Counted from the first letter of the stretch, positions 8,117-18,101 are shown. The stretch: 64,000 nt of DNA from an uncultured Spirochaetota bacterium (GCA_963781885.1 CAWAHW010000002.1:1248001-1312000); one strand, 5' to 3'. Notes: generated by a model not told the origin, from the letters alone. A program made the numbers and translations.

Positions 8117-9448
8117 ATGCTTGACAGATTGAGCGGCAAGCTTGGCGATCTGATGCGACAGATCGGCGGCAAGGCGCATATCTCCGAAAAAAACATCCAG
8201 GACGCGATCAACGAGGTCAAGATCGCCCTCCTCGAGGCAGACGTCAACCTGCGGGTCGTGCGCCGGTTCGTCAATCAGGCCACGGAGGAAGCGCTCGGGG
8301 AGAAGGTCCTCCGGTCGGTCTCCCCAGGCCAGCAGTTCGTCAAGCTCCTGTACGACAAGATGGTGGCGCTGCTCGGCGGGGAAAACCAGGGGCTTGCGCT
8401 GAAGGGACCCGATACGCAGTCGGTGATCCTGCTCGCGGGGCTCCAGGGCTCGGGCAAGACCACGACTGCGGCAAAGCTTGCGCTTCGCCTGAAAGGGCAG
8501 GGAAGGCGGCCGCTCCTGGTCGCCGCCGACCTCGTGCGCCCTGCCGCCGTGCAGCAGCTCGTCGTGCTGGGGGAGAAGGCCGGCGTCGAGGTCCATCACG
8601 AGGAGGTGACGGACCCCGTCCAGGTGGTGCGGGGCGCGTTGAGCCGTGCGCGCAAGGAACAGTTCGACACGGTCATCGTCGACACGTCGGGCCGGCTCCA
8701 GGCCGACGAGGCGCTCATGGCGGAGCTGGTGCGCATACGCGACGCGGCCAGTCCCGTGGAGGTGCTGCTCGTGGCGGACGCGATGACCGGGCAGAATGCC
8801 GTGGACATCGCGCGCGAGTTCGACGCAAAGGTGACGCTCACGGGCGTCATCCTCACGAAGTTCGATTCCGACACGCGCGGCGGCGCGGCCCTTTCCGTGA
8901 AGAGCATCACCGGAAAGCCCGTCAAGTTCGTGGGCGTCGGGGAGAAGCTCGACGGGCTGGAGGCGTTCCATCCCGCGCGGATCGCGTCGCGCATCCTCGG
9001 CATGGGCGACGTCGTGAGCCTGGTGGAGAAGGCGCAGGCAACGATGGAGCAGGGCGAGGCGGAGCGGCTCCAGGACAAGCTCGCGTCGGAGACGTTCACG
9101 CTGGAGGACATGCTCGACCAGTACCGCCGGATGCGGAAGATGGGAAGCATCCAGTCCATCGTGGAGATGATCCCCGGGCTCAAGGGCTCGGGCGCGGAGG
9201 ACAAGATCGACGAGCAGGGGATGAAGCGGGAAGAGGCCATCATCCTCTCCATGACGCGGGCGGAGCGCCGGAACTACCGGATCATCGGCCCGAAGCGCCG
9301 TACACGCATCGCGCGGGGCAGCGGGACCTCCGTCTTCGAGGTGAACAGGTTCTTGAAAAAATTCGAGAAGACGTGTCTGATGATGAAGAAGATGTCGAAG
9401 AACTCGAAATACCAGGCTCAGGTGCTGTCGCAGCTCGGCGGCTCATAG
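8117..9448 (+). CDS. ffh: Signal recognition particle protein
   Basis: GLQGSGKTT, DTSGR, TKFDSDTRGG, RILGMGD and a Met-rich M domain. Confidence 0.98.
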   Translation: MLDRLSGKLGDLMRQIGGKAHISEKNIQDAINEVKIALLEADVNLRVVRRFVNQATEEALGEKVLRSVSPGQQFVKLLYDKMVALLGGENQGLALKGPDTQSVILLAGLQGSGKTTTAAKLALRLKGQGRRPLLVAADLVRPAAVQQLVVLGEKAGVEVHHEEVTDPVQVVRGALSRARKEQFDTVIVDTSGRLQADEALMAELVRIRDAASPVEVLLVADAMTGQNAVDIAREFDAKVTLTGVILTKFDSDTRGGAALSVKSITGKPVKFVGVGEKLDGLEAFHPARIASRILGMGDVVSLVEKAQATMEQGEAERLQDKLASETFTLEDMLDQYRRMRKMGSIQSIVEMIPGLKGSGAEDKIDEQGMKREEAIILSMTRAERRNYRIIGPKRRTRIARGSGTSVFEVNRFLKKFEKTCLMMKKMSKNSKYQAQVLSQLGGS

Positions 9449-9524
9449 CCAGGGAATGCCGCCAGGAGCGGCAGCGAGGGCGAGGGCGAGCGAGGCCAGG
9501 GAATGCCGTCAGGAACGGCGGCGA
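9448..9524 (+). repeat. Two imperfect direct repeats (47-bp period), each with a CAGGA-loop hairpin
   Basis: GCCAGGGAAT-GCCGC-CAGGA-GCGGC at 9448 and GCCAGGGAAT-GCCGT-CAGGA-ACGGC at 9495. Confidence 0.8.
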
Positions 9525-9571
9525 CGGCCGCAAGCGAGCCCTGCTCAGTAGAAAGATCAAGGAGGACGCCA

Positions 9572-9823
9572 GTGAGCGTGCGCATCAGGCTGAAGAGATT
9601 CGGGACAAAGAAACGCCCCTTTTACAGGATCGTGGTGATGGACTCCCGCACACCGCGCGACGGCCGTGTGCTGGAAGAGATCGGCCTGTACCATCCCATC
9701 GAGAAGCCGGAGAAACAGGTCTCCGTCGATGAAGCAAAGGTCAAGGACTGGATCGCGCGCGGAGCGACCCCGTCGAACACGGTGAAGCAGCTCCTCAGCC
9801 GCAAGCCCGTGGGCGCCGCATAG
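9572..9823 (+). CDS. rpsP: 30S ribosomal protein S16
   Basis: VRIRLKRFGTKKRPFYRIVVMDSRTPRDGR; AAGGAGG RBS before GTG 9572. Confidence 0.97.
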   Translation: MSVRIRLKRFGTKKRPFYRIVVMDSRTPRDGRVLEEIGLYHPIEKPEKQVSVDEAKVKDWIARGATPSNTVKQLLSRKPVGAA

Positions 9824-9846
9824 GACAACCGCGGAAGGAGAGTTCC

Positions 9847-10080
9847 GTGGAAAAGGACCTGGTCGAATACATCGCAAAGACCCTTGTCGACGACCCGTCG
9901 GGCGTGAGCGTGAACGTGATCGAGGGGGAGAAATCCACGATCCTCGAGTTGAAGGTCGCCGACAACGACATTGGAAAGGTAATCGGGAAGCACGGCCGGA
10001 TCGCCAAGGCGGTCCGCACCCTCCTGAGCGCTGCCTCCACCCGGTCGGGCAAGAGGGTGGTGCTCGAAATCCTGGACTGA
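9847..10080 (+). CDS. khpA: KH domain RNA-binding protein (KhpA/YlqC)
   Basis: DIGKVIGKHGRIAKAVR motif; conserved position between rpsP and rimM. Confidence 0.9.
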   Translation: MEKDLVEYIAKTLVDDPSGVSVNVIEGEKSTILELKVADNDIGKVIGKHGRIAKAVRTLLSAASTRSGKRVVLEILD

Positions 10081-10093
10081 AAGCCCGTTCCAC

Positions 10094-10600
10094 GTGGATC
10101 AGCAGCTTCTTGCCGTCGGCGTCGTCACCGGGACGCATGGCGTCACGGGAGAGCTGAAGATCAGGAGCTTCTCCGGCGAGGTATCACACTTGCTGGGGCT
10201 GCGCGAAGCGCTGTTCAGGAAGGCCGGCGCGGAGAAGCGGATGCATATCGCCTCTTCGCGGCCGCAACCGGCGGGCATCATCGCCAAGGTGGAGGGGCTG
10301 GAAAGCCCGGAGGCGGCGAAGCGTTTCGTGGGCTGGGAGGTGTGGGTTCCCCGCACACTTGCCGCGCCGCTGGCTTCCGGTGAATACTACGCATCGGACC
10401 TGTGCCGGTGCAGGCTCTGGTTCGGGGATCAGGAGGTCGGCGAGGTGCGCTCCGTCTGGGACGGGGGACCCGCCCAGCTCCTGGAGATCCGCGCAAAGGA
10501 TGGAAGGACGATCCTCGTCCCCTTCACGGATCACTTCATTGCAGAGGTGGACCCGGCGGCGGGGCGGATGGTGCTGAGAGAGGATGAGATCCTCCGATGA
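10094..10600 (+). CDS. rimM: Ribosome maturation factor RimM
   Basis: GTHGVTGELKI, GEYYASDL and ILVPF motifs. Confidence 0.93.
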   Translation: MDQQLLAVGVVTGTHGVTGELKIRSFSGEVSHLLGLREALFRKAGAEKRMHIASSRPQPAGIIAKVEGLESPEAAKRFVGWEVWVPRTLAAPLASGEYYASDLCRCRLWFGDQEVGEVRSVWDGGPAQLLEIRAKDGRTILVPFTDHFIAEVDPAAGRMVLREDEILR

Positions 10601-11346
10601 CCATTACGATCCTTACCCTTTTCCCGGATCTCTTTTCGGGATATCTGGGAAGCTCCATCCTGGCCCGCGCAATCGCGCGCGACCAGGTGGCAGTGAAGGC
10701 GGTGGATATTCGCGCCTTCGCGACGGACAGGCACCATGTCTGTGACGATGCCGCCTACGGCGGCGGTCCCGGCATGGTGATGAAGCCGGAACCGATCGCG
10801 CTGGCCATCGAGGCCGTGTGCGTGCCGGGCCAGAGGGTGGTGTACCTGACGCCGGCGGGTCGGAGATTCACGCAGGGGACGGCGGAAGAGCTTGCCCGTG
10901 AGCCGGGCTTCATCCTGCTGTGCGGGAGGTATGAAGGGATCGATCAGAGGGTCATCGACGCGTTCGTGACCGACGAGCTCTCAATCGGGGACTACGTGCT
11001 CTCCGGCGGGGAGGTGGCGGCCATGGCGGTCGTCGACGCGGTGGTCCGCTTGGTGCCGGGCGTGATCACGGGGGAATCGCTCGAGGAGGAGAGCTTCGCA
11101 CAAGGGCTCCTGGAGTATCCCCACTATACGAGACCGGAGGATTTTCGCGGCCGACGCGTGCCGGACATCCTCCTCTCGGGGCACCACGAGAAGATCCGCC
11201 GGTGGCGGCTTCGCAAAAGCATCGAGAAGACGATGGAGAATCGCCCCGAGCTGCTGGATTCACCGGCGCTACCGGATGACGTGCGGGACCTCGCGGCGGA
11301 GATCATGAGAGAAGGAGACGGCCATGGACGTGATGAAGGCTCTTGA
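10597..11346 (+). CDS. trmD: tRNA (guanine37-N1)-methyltransferase
   Basis: [39 protein letters not shown]. Confidence 0.98.
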   Translation: MTITILTLFPDLFSGYLGSSILARAIARDQVAVKAVDIRAFATDRHHVCDDAAYGGGPGMVMKPEPIALAIEAVCVPGQRVVYLTPAGRRFTQGTAEELAREPGFILLCGRYEGIDQRVIDAFVTDELSIGDYVLSGGEVAAMAVVDAVVRLVPGVITGESLEEESFAQGLLEYPHYTRPEDFRGRRVPDILLSGHHEKIRRWRLRKSIEKTMENRPELLDSPALPDDVRDLAAEIMREGDGHGRDEGS

Positions 11347-11746
11347 AGCGGAGCAGATGAAGGAGAACGCGGAAAACTTCCGCATCGGCGATACCGTCAA
11401 GGTGCACTACAAGATCATCGAGGGCAAGACCGAGCGCGTGCAGGTCTTCGAAGGCATCGTGATCGCCATGAAGCGCGACGGCCTGCGGAAGACCTTCACC
11501 GTGCGCAAGATCAGCTACGGCGTGGGCGTCGAAAGAATATTCCCCCTCAACTCGCCGAAGATCGCGAAGATCGTGCGCGTGCGGGAAGGGCGCATCCGCC
11601 GCTCCAAGCTGTACTACCTGCGCGGCAGGTCGGGAAAGGCCGCCAAGGTCCAGGAGCTCATCCATCGCCGACGCGAGAAGGTGCCCGAGACGGGGATTGC
11701 CGAAGTCGCGGAGGCGAGCGCGGGCGAGACGGCGGAGACCACCTGA
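11324..11746 (+). CDS. rplS: 50S ribosomal protein L19
   Basis: [35 protein letters not shown]. Confidence 0.98.
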   Translation: MDVMKALEAEQMKENAENFRIGDTVKVHYKIIEGKTERVQVFEGIVIAMKRDGLRKTFTVRKISYGVGVERIFPLNSPKIAKIVRVREGRIRRSKLYYLRGRSGKAAKVQELIHRRREKVPETGIAEVAEASAGETAETT

Positions 11747-11785
11747 GCAGGTGCGGCTGCGCGGACCTCTCCGCATGAGGCATCC

Positions 11786-12782
11786 ATGATCCCGACCCCT
11801 GTCGGGGGCAGCATTCACGTCGCCGCGGGGACCCAGACGGCGTTGCGTCACGGGGACATGGTTGTCCTGCACGTGATCAAACGCCTCGAGGGCGACAAGT
11901 GGGCCGTCGGCATCGGCGGACGGGTGTACCCCGCGGTTTCGCGCCTGGCGCTGGAGACGGGAGCCACGCTGCGGGCGCGCGTCGACATCTCCCCCGGAAA
12001 GCTCACTCTCACCGTCTCCGAGATCGTTGAAGATGCCGTGATGGCCGCCCTGCAGGGCCAGGGCATGCCGGGCACGGAGGCGGAGCTCGCCATCGCACGG
12101 GCGCTCGCCCGGACCGGGCTGCCCATCCACGCACAGACCATACAGAAGATACGGCAGCTCCTGTCCCGCGAAGGCGTCGACCTGAAGAACGGCGCGCGGG
12201 CCGCCGCGACGCTCGTCGACAAGGGTTTCGACCCGGGAAGCGACGCGGCGCGCACCCTCCTGCCGGTGCTGGGATTCGGCCAGAAGGGCGGCGGGGACCC
12301 GCGTCGGTACAAGCGCAAGCCCCTTCCGCAGTCGGCGAAGGCGGTGCGCGGCTTTGTCGACGGCCTTGCCACCGATCCGGCAGAATCCCCCACCACGCTC
12401 CAGGCGTACAATCACATCCGGGGGAGAACGGAGTCGTGGATCGTCCTGCCGTTCTCATTCTCGGCCGACCGGGGGCGCGACGATTTCCGGCACGCTGAAG
12501 ATCCTCTACGACCCGTACAAGGCGGAGGCGCGCGCGATGACGCTCTGCACGCCGGGGGTCAGTTTCCACCTCCCGCTCTCCGGCAAGAAGCGCGCGCTCG
12601 CCGTTTACTGCGACACACCGGCAAAGATGCATGCCGTCCGGGGAGGTCTGGACAGCTTGAAGTCAAAAATCCATAACATGGGTTTGGAAGTTGACGATAC
12701 TATAAAAGAAGGGGACGGATTCGACGGCTTCTCCCCTGTCGCGGAGGGGGAAACCCTCCCGAGCGTGGACACAGTGGGGTAG
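11786..12782 (+). pseudogene. FliK/YlqG-like protein split by an apparent +1 frameshift (probably a sequencing error)
   Basis: ORFs 11786-12676 and 12354-12782 join if one G of GGGGG (12471-12475) is removed, giving FSADRGATISGTLKILY. Position before a FlhB-like gene matches the YlqG/YlqH arrangement. Confidence 0.6.
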
Positions 12783-12784
12783 GA

Positions 12785-13042
12785 ATGGCGCAGGTGGACA
12801 GGGCGGTCGCCCTGCAATACAACGATGATCTCCCGGCTCCCCTCGTGGTCGCGGCAGGCATGGGGGCCACGGCCCAGGCCATCGCGCGGATCGCGCGGGA
12901 GGCAGGCGTGCCACTGGTCGTGAATGAGGCGGTCGCGGACTCCCTTCTGCAGCTCGACGTCGGCACGCTCATCCCGGAGAACCTGTACGCGGTCATCGCG
13001 GAGATCCTCGTCTTCGTGTCCGGCCTGGATGCCTCCCAATGA
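12785..13042 (+). CDS. FlhB C-terminal-like protein (EscU/YscU family, FlhX/YlqH type)
   Basis: AVALQY...[11 protein letters not shown]...A.EAGVP...[13 protein letters not shown]. Confidence 0.9.
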   Translation: MAQVDRAVALQYNDDLPAPLVVAAGMGATAQAIARIAREAGVPLVVNEAVADSLLQLDVGTLIPENLYAVIAEILVFVSGLDASQ

Positions 13043-14217
13043 AAAACATCAAGACCAGCGATCTGCGGGACGGCATGAAGTTCGACAAGCCCGTTTTCAT
13101 GGACGGGGAAAACGTCTTCGTTCCCGCCGGCGTGCCCATCCGGCAGAAGGACATCGAGAGGCTTCTGCGGTGGGAGATCACGGAGGTGCGCACGGACGGC
13201 GCGCCCGTATCCGATGCGCCCCGCAGCGTGGAATTGAGCATTGACCTCGCGACGTTCAAAGATCTTCCGGCAGGGGACAAGAGCGCCTTCGATGCGTACC
13301 TGCGCGCCATCGACGAATATGAGCACATCATGAACAGCGTGGCCACGGGAGAGGAGATCGACCGCGCGAAGGTCGATGCCACCGTGAACCTGCTTCTGGA
13401 AAAGATAAAAGACGGCAAGAACGACATGATCCAGCTCATCCTCATGGGCGGCAGGATGGAGCGGAAGATCGCGGCGGGCGTCATCAACGTGACGATCCTG
13501 TCGACCATCATGGGCACGGTATTGAAAATGACCAGCCACCGGCTGATCCAGCTCGCCACCGGCGCGCTCCTCCACGATACGGGCATGGTGAAGGTTCCCA
13601 AGGCCATCCTGAAAAAGAAGGAGAAGCTCACCCCGGACGAGGTGAACCAGATCCGCACGCACCCCATCCACTCGTACAAGGTCATCTCCAAGGAGCTGAA
13701 ATACCCCGAGGACATCGGGGTGATCGCCCTCCAGCACCACGAGCGCTGGGACGGCAACGGCTATCCGCGCAAGCTGCGCGGCGAAGACATCAACCTGGCG
13801 GCGCGCATCGTCGCCGTCGCCGACGCTTACATCTCCATGATCAACAACCGGCCGCATCGCAACTCCATGATCGGTTACAGCGCGATGAAGAACCTGCTGA
13901 ACGACAACGGGCGGCATTTCGACCCCAAGATCCTCAAGGCCTTCCTGGAGAGCATGGGCATCTATCCCATCGGCAGCATCGTGCAGCTGAATACCTCGGC
14001 CATCGGCAGGGTGGTGGAAAGCCACCCCGAAGCGCCGCTGCGGCCGGCCGTCGAGCTCATCATCGACGAATACGGCAATCAGCTCAGCGAGCGCGAGGTC
14101 GTCGACCTGCTCACGAAGAAGGGCACGTTCATCGTCAAGGCGGTGGATCCGAAGTCACTGGCGCCCGCCACGGGTGTCCCGGCGTCGGGAAAGCCTCCCG
14201 CGGAGCGCAACGCGTGA
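13039..14217 (+). CDS. HD-GYP domain cyclic dinucleotide phosphodiesterase
   Basis: [32 protein letters not shown]. Confidence 0.92.
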   Translation: MKNIKTSDLRDGMKFDKPVFMDGENVFVPAGVPIRQKDIERLLRWEITEVRTDGAPVSDAPRSVELSIDLATFKDLPAGDKSAFDAYLRAIDEYEHIMNSVATGEEIDRAKVDATVNLLLEKIKDGKNDMIQLILMGGRMERKIAAGVINVTILSTIMGTVLKMTSHRLIQLATGALLHDTGMVKVPKAILKKKEKLTPDEVNQIRTHPIHSYKVISKELKYPEDIGVIALQHHERWDGNGYPRKLRGEDINLAARIVAVADAYISMINNRPHRNSMIGYSAMKNLLNDNGRHFDPKILKAFLESMGIYPIGSIVQLNTSAIGRVVESHPEAPLRPAVELIIDEYGNQLSEREVVDLLTKKGTFIVKAVDPKSLAPATGVPASGKPPAERNA

Positions 14218-14591
14218 GCGGGGTTGCCTCGACGCGTCGGAAAGGCGCGCGCGGCGAAGAAGCTGCCGCTGCGTACCTCGCGGCGCAGGGATGGGTCGTG
14301 CGGGACCGCAATTACCGCACGCGCCGCGGCGAGATCGACATCGTGGCGACGCGCGACGACCTGCTCGCGTTCGTCGAGGTGAAGGCCTGGGGGTCGCTCC
14401 CGCGCGACGAGCTGGGCCGCGCGGTGAACGGCCGCAAGCGGGCGCGCATCACGGGTGCCGCGCGCTGCTATGTCGCCGAAAGGCCGGATCTTGCCGACCG
14501 GCACATGCGTTTCAACGTCGTCTTCATCGACACGCGAAGCGGCGGGATCGAGCTGATTCCCGGCGCGTGGAGCGGGGAGGGGATCGACTGA
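14214..14591 (+). CDS. YraN (UPF0102) family protein
   Basis: [12 protein letters not shown]...[14 protein letters not shown]...FVEVK. Confidence 0.92.
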   Translation: MSGVASTRRKGARGEEAAAAYLAAQGWVVRDRNYRTRRGEIDIVATRDDLLAFVEVKAWGSLPRDELGRAVNGRKRARITGAARCYVAERPDLADRHMRFNVVFIDTRSGGIELIPGAWSGEGID

Positions 14592-14728
14592 TGGTGCGGA
14601 TTGCCAAGAAGACCGACCCCAAGAAGCTCGCGGAGCTGAAGATCAAGATACACGACGAGGAGTATCTCCTGCAGGCGATCCAGAAGATCGCCCAGGATCT
14701 CACACGCAATCTCGAGCACGGGGAGTAG
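14591..14728 (+). CDS. 45-aa small protein with an FlgM C-terminus-like pattern
   Basis: ATG overlaps the yraN stop (TGATG), GGAGG RBS; sequence [45 protein letters not shown]. Confidence 0.7.
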   Translation: MVRIAKKTDPKKLAELKIKIHDEEYLLQAIQKIAQDLTRNLEHGE

Positions 14729-14731
14729 CGC

Positions 14732-15265
14732 ATGAGCTCGCGCAGCTTCAGACGCCGCAGCAATCGACGCCGCCACAAGGCCGGGGGCCCGCAGGACGGC
14801 CAGAGCCCGAAGCCGCAGGGCGAACCGGCCGAACGGCCCGCGAATCCGAGACGCCCCCCGCAGCACGCCGGTCCGCCGCGGGCAGGCGGGCAGCAGCGGG
14901 ACGGACGCAGAGGCCGCGGCGCACCGGGCCGGCCGCCGGAAGCGCAGAGGCCGCAGGAGCCCGCGATCCCCATCGTCTATCCCGATTGCCCCATCTGCGG
15001 CAAGCAGGTGCGGGACCTGCCTTCAGCGCTCACGCACCGCGTGACGCGCCAGCCGGCCCACTTTGATTGCATCGTGCAGGAGCTGCGGGACACGAATGAG
15101 ATCGCCCCGCAGGAGAAGATATGCTACCTGGGCGGCGGCAGCTTCGGCATCCTGGAGTTCCGGGCGTCGGGCGGCCCCGGACACTTCGTCATCAAGAAGC
15201 GCATCCAGTATGAGGAGAAGGAAGCGCAACAGGAGTGGAAGAAGCCGCTCCAGGTGTCGTGGTAG
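14732..15265 (+). CDS. Hypothetical protein with Arg/Gly/Pro-rich N-terminus and CxxC...HxxC zinc-finger-like domain
   Basis: CPICG and HFDC motifs; tightly packed in the operon. Confidence 0.75.
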   Translation: MSSRSFRRRSNRRRHKAGGPQDGQSPKPQGEPAERPANPRRPPQHAGPPRAGGQQRDGRRGRGAPGRPPEAQRPQEPAIPIVYPDCPICGKQVRDLPSALTHRVTRQPAHFDCIVQELRDTNEIAPQEKICYLGGGSFGILEFRASGGPGHFVIKKRIQYEEKEAQQEWKKPLQVSW

Positions 15266-15269
15266 GAAG

Positions 15270-15815
15270 ATGTCGCTGAAATTCGCCCTCCTCGGGCTGC
15301 TCGCGGAGAGCCCCAAGTACGGTTACGAGATCAAGAGACGATTCGATGGCGCGCTGGGAAACGTCTGGTCGGTATCCTACGGCCAGCTCTACCCGACGCT
15401 CCGCCGGCTCTCGGAGCAGGGCTGGGTCACGAAGAAGACCGAGCCCGGCAAAAAGGCTGCGGAGAAAAACATCTACTCGATCACGGAGAAGGGACGCAAG
15501 AAGCTGGACGAATGGCTTCTGAAGCCGCTCCGCAGCACCTACAAGGTGAAAGACGAGTTCACGCTCCGCTTCCTCTTTTTCAGCAAGCTGTCACCGGAGA
15601 GTGTCCTGGATTACCTCAAGGGCCAGCAAAAAAAGACGGTCCTGCAGCGGGAGAGTTTCCAACGCACCCTTGTTTCGCTTCGCGACGAGCTCGATTTCTT
15701 TCTCCAGGCGATCATCCGCAAGGGCATCATCCACCTTGAAGCCGAGAATCAGTGGCTGGAGGAAGTGATCGATGACATCCGGAGGACCACCGCCGGGCGG
15801 AAAAGCCCCGGGTAG
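15270..15815 (+). CDS. PadR family transcriptional regulator
   Basis: LLGLLAESPKYGYEI, SYGQLYPTLRRL, YSITEKG. Confidence 0.93.
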   Translation: MSLKFALLGLLAESPKYGYEIKRRFDGALGNVWSVSYGQLYPTLRRLSEQGWVTKKTEPGKKAAEKNIYSITEKGRKKLDEWLLKPLRSTYKVKDEFTLRFLFFSKLSPESVLDYLKGQQKKTVLQRESFQRTLVSLRDELDFFLQAIIRKGIIHLEAENQWLEEVIDDIRRTTAGRKSPG

Positions 15816-15838
15816 CCGCGCCGCCAACCCTGCCGCTA

Positions 15839-16627
15839 CTACTGCGGCGTCTTCAGCTCGTCGAGAACCTGGAGCGCCTTTGTCTTCACCGTCCGCAGAT
15901 AATTGCCCTGCGCGATCTTCACCAGGAGGGTGAACGCGGCCGGATCCTTCAGGCCGCCCGGCGACTTGTTGCCGATCTTTTCTATTGCAAGGCATAGCGC
16001 GTAGCCGAAATTGTTGTCCGGCTTCTGCGGGTCTTCCTGCCCGTAGGCGAAGACCAGAGCGTCAATCACTTCGTTGTTGGGATTCTTGCCGATGACGCCC
16101 AGCGCGTACGCCGCTTCCGCCTTCACGACCGGCTCTTCATCGATGAGGAGGACGCGGGTAAGGGCGTCTTTTGCCTGGTCCGTCCCGAGCCTGCCCAGCA
16201 TGTTCGCCGCGCGCCGCCGAACCTCGGGGTAGTTGTTCACAAGGTGCCCGGCCTGCCGCGTCGTGCGGGCGGAGCCCTCCAGCGCGAGGTACTCCAGCAC
16301 GAACTCCACCTGCTGATCCTGGCCCTTGTACGAACCGTCGCTCACCTTCTTGTCCAGGTCGTCCAGGGCGTTCATCTTCATATCGTAGTCGTCAGAGAAA
16401 GCCTTTTCACGCAGGATCTGGAACTCGACGCTCTGGAGGAAGAGCTGCTCAATCGTGATTTCCTTGTTCTGGCTCGCCGCGGGGGCCGACGCCGCCGTGG
16501 AGGAGGCCGTGGATGCCTGCTGGGCGGAAAGCGCGAATGCAAGACCGAAGAACAGCACCGACGCGCAGACGATCGTCCGCAAGTAAAGGATGCGCTTGGC
16601 CGAGTGACTGCTACCGCTCATCATCAT
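15839..16627 (-). CDS. HEAT-repeat protein with signal peptide
   Basis: PEVRRRAANMLGRLG and PVVKAEAAYALGVIG repeats; start position approximate. Confidence 0.8.
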   Translation of the reverse strand: MMMSGSSHSAKRILYLRTIVCASVLFFGLAFALSAQQASTASSTAASAPAASQNKEITIEQLFLQSVEFQILREKAFSDDYDMKMNALDDLDKKVSDGSYKGQDQQVEFVLEYLALEGSARTTRQAGHLVNNYPEVRRRAANMLGRLGTDQAKDALTRVLLIDEEPVVKAEAAYALGVIGKNPNNEVIDALVFAYGQEDPQKPDNNFGYALCLAIEKIGNKSPGGLKDPAAFTLLVKIAQGNYLRTVKTKALQVLDELKTPQ

Positions 16628-16649
16628 GTTTCTGCTCCCGTTGTTCCTG

Positions 16650-17234
16650 TCAGTCTGTTCCGGTCGGCCGCAGACCAACCTTCCAACGCCCCTCTTCGTG
16701 CACAAGATAGTAGAGGATGACGGAGGTTCCCTGGATCTGCGTCAATGCCTTCACGTGGGTGGCGTCGACAAATTGTATCTCGCTCAGCGTCGCCTGGAGG
16801 TGGCTCTTGACGACGACATTATCGAAATAGTCCTTCAAATCCTTCAGGACGATTCCGTTCTTCTTGAGCACCCCCGCGTTCGACGCATCCTGGAGCGACT
16901 TCGGGCTGCCCGTCACCTGCACGTAGTCCGCGGTGAGATATCCCAGCCAGCTGTCATAGTCTCCCGCGGCGATCAGCTTCGTAAGGGCGTCGATCGTCGC
17001 CTGCACTTCGTCGAAGGTCTTCTTGTACAGCTCCTGGGTGGCGACGAACTCCGGCTGCCCGCCTGCGGCGGGAGCAACGTTTCCCGTGGGTTGGCTCTGC
17101 GGCGTGACCGCCGCGGCCTGCTGCTGGCTCGTGTCAGGCGTGGGCGTCGGGTTCTGCGGCGGTTTCGTGGCGCACGCCGCGAGACACAGCACAACCAGAA
17201 GGAGCACGCCGCGAGGTCGTCCACCCGGATTCAT
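16650..17234 (-). CDS. Hypothetical lipoprotein
   Basis: Lipobox LAAC followed by a Pro/Thr/Gln linker. Confidence 0.75.
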   Translation of the reverse strand: MNPGGRPRGVLLLVVLCLAACATKPPQNPTPTPDTSQQQAAAVTPQSQPTGNVAPAAGGQPEFVATQELYKKTFDEVQATIDALTKLIAAGDYDSWLGYLTADYVQVTGSPKSLQDASNAGVLKKNGIVLKDLKDYFDNVVVKSHLQATLSEIQFVDATHVKALTQIQGTSVILYYLVHEEGRWKVGLRPTGTD

Positions 17235-17242
17235 TACCTTCA

Positions 17243-17312
17243 ATTCTATTCTCCGGCATGGTCTTTGTCAAAGATTTTTCCCTTGCCAATGGCGGCGAAG
17301 CTCGGCTATTGT
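17243..17312. promoter_or_regulatory. Divergent sigma70 promoters, both probably leaderless
   Basis: Minus strand: TTGACA(17271-17266)-17-TAGAAT(17248-17243)-8-ATG. Plus strand: TTGCCA(17283-17288)-18-TATTGT(17307-17312)-7-ATG. Confidence 0.65.
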
Positions 17313-17319
17313 GGGTGCC

Positions 17320-17844
17320 ATGTTCAAGGTGCTCCTGCCCGGCACGTACGATCCGCCGACAAACGGCCACCTCAATATCCTCCGCAGGGCCTCGCGCCTC
17401 TTCGAGGCCGTCCAGGTGGTCATCGCGGTCAACCCGTCGAAGATTTACCTGTTCAGCGCGGAGGAGCGCCTTGCGATGATGACGGAGATGGCCGCGGGTC
17501 TGCAGAATGTCACCGTCTCCACGTGGAACGGGCTGATCGTGGACTTCGCGGACAGGGTCGGCATTCACGTCATCGTCCGTGGCGTGCGCGCCCTCGCCGA
17601 TTTCGATTACGAGTTCGAGCTCTCGCTCATGAACAGGTCCCTCAATCCGCGCATTGAGACCATTTTTCTGCCCACGGACCAGAAGTATTCCGTCATAAGA
17701 TCGTCCGCGATCAAGGATATTGCAGGCTTTGGCGGCGACATCTCGGGTATGGTGCCTCCAAACGTGGCAAAAGCGCTGAAGGAAAAGCTCGGAAGCCGCG
17801 CAGCGCAGTCCGCGGCAGGGGTCGAGGAGACCCGGGCGCCTTGA
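17320..17844 (+). CDS. coaD: Pantetheine-phosphate adenylyltransferase
   Basis: PGTYDPPTNGHLNI, IVRGVRALADFDYE, IRSSAIK. Confidence 0.95.
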   Translation: MFKVLLPGTYDPPTNGHLNILRRASRLFEAVQVVIAVNPSKIYLFSAEERLAMMTEMAAGLQNVTVSTWNGLIVDFADRVGIHVIVRGVRALADFDYEFELSLMNRSLNPRIETIFLPTDQKYSVIRSSAIKDIAGFGGDISGMVPPNVAKALKEKLGSRAAQSAAGVEETRAP

Positions 17845-17869
17845 CATTCAAGGGTCGATGGTGTAGCTT
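17841..17869 (+). promoter_or_regulatory. Sigma70 promoter of rpmF-acpP-rnc
   Basis: TTGACA-17 bp-TAGCTT. Confidence 0.6.
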
Positions 17870-17912
17870 AACCTGACTTTATCAAATCAATATACTTTCG
17901 AGGTGACGTGAA

Positions 17913-18101
17913 ATGGCTCTGCCAAAAAGAAGAATATCGAGGGCGAGGGGAAGGAAACGCCGCACGGCGAACATGAGATTGGCCGTGCCCACCCTCGTTG
18001 AATGCAGCAACTGCGGAAACAGGATCATGCCGCACCGCGTGTGCCCGAAATGCGGGCATTACAGGGGCCGGCAGATCCTGAAGCCCGAGGAAATATCCTG
18101 A
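17913..18101 (+). CDS. rpmF: 50S ribosomal protein L32 (zinc-binding form)
   Basis: MALPKRRIS...CSNCG...PHRVCPKCGHY. Confidence 0.97.
   Translation: MALPKRRISRARGRKRRTANMRLAVPTLVECSNCGNRIMPHRVCPKCGHYRGRQILKPEEIS

Noticed and set aside
7364-8132. ORFs open in all six frames across the repeat
   Set aside because: The 25-mer contains no stop triplet on either strand, so every frame stays open. There is no RBS, and the peptides just cycle through the frames.
9449-9560. SRP (4.5S) RNA next to ffh
   Set aside because: GTCAGG is present, but the CCGGAAGGAAGCAGC domain IV core and the long enclosing hairpin are absent.
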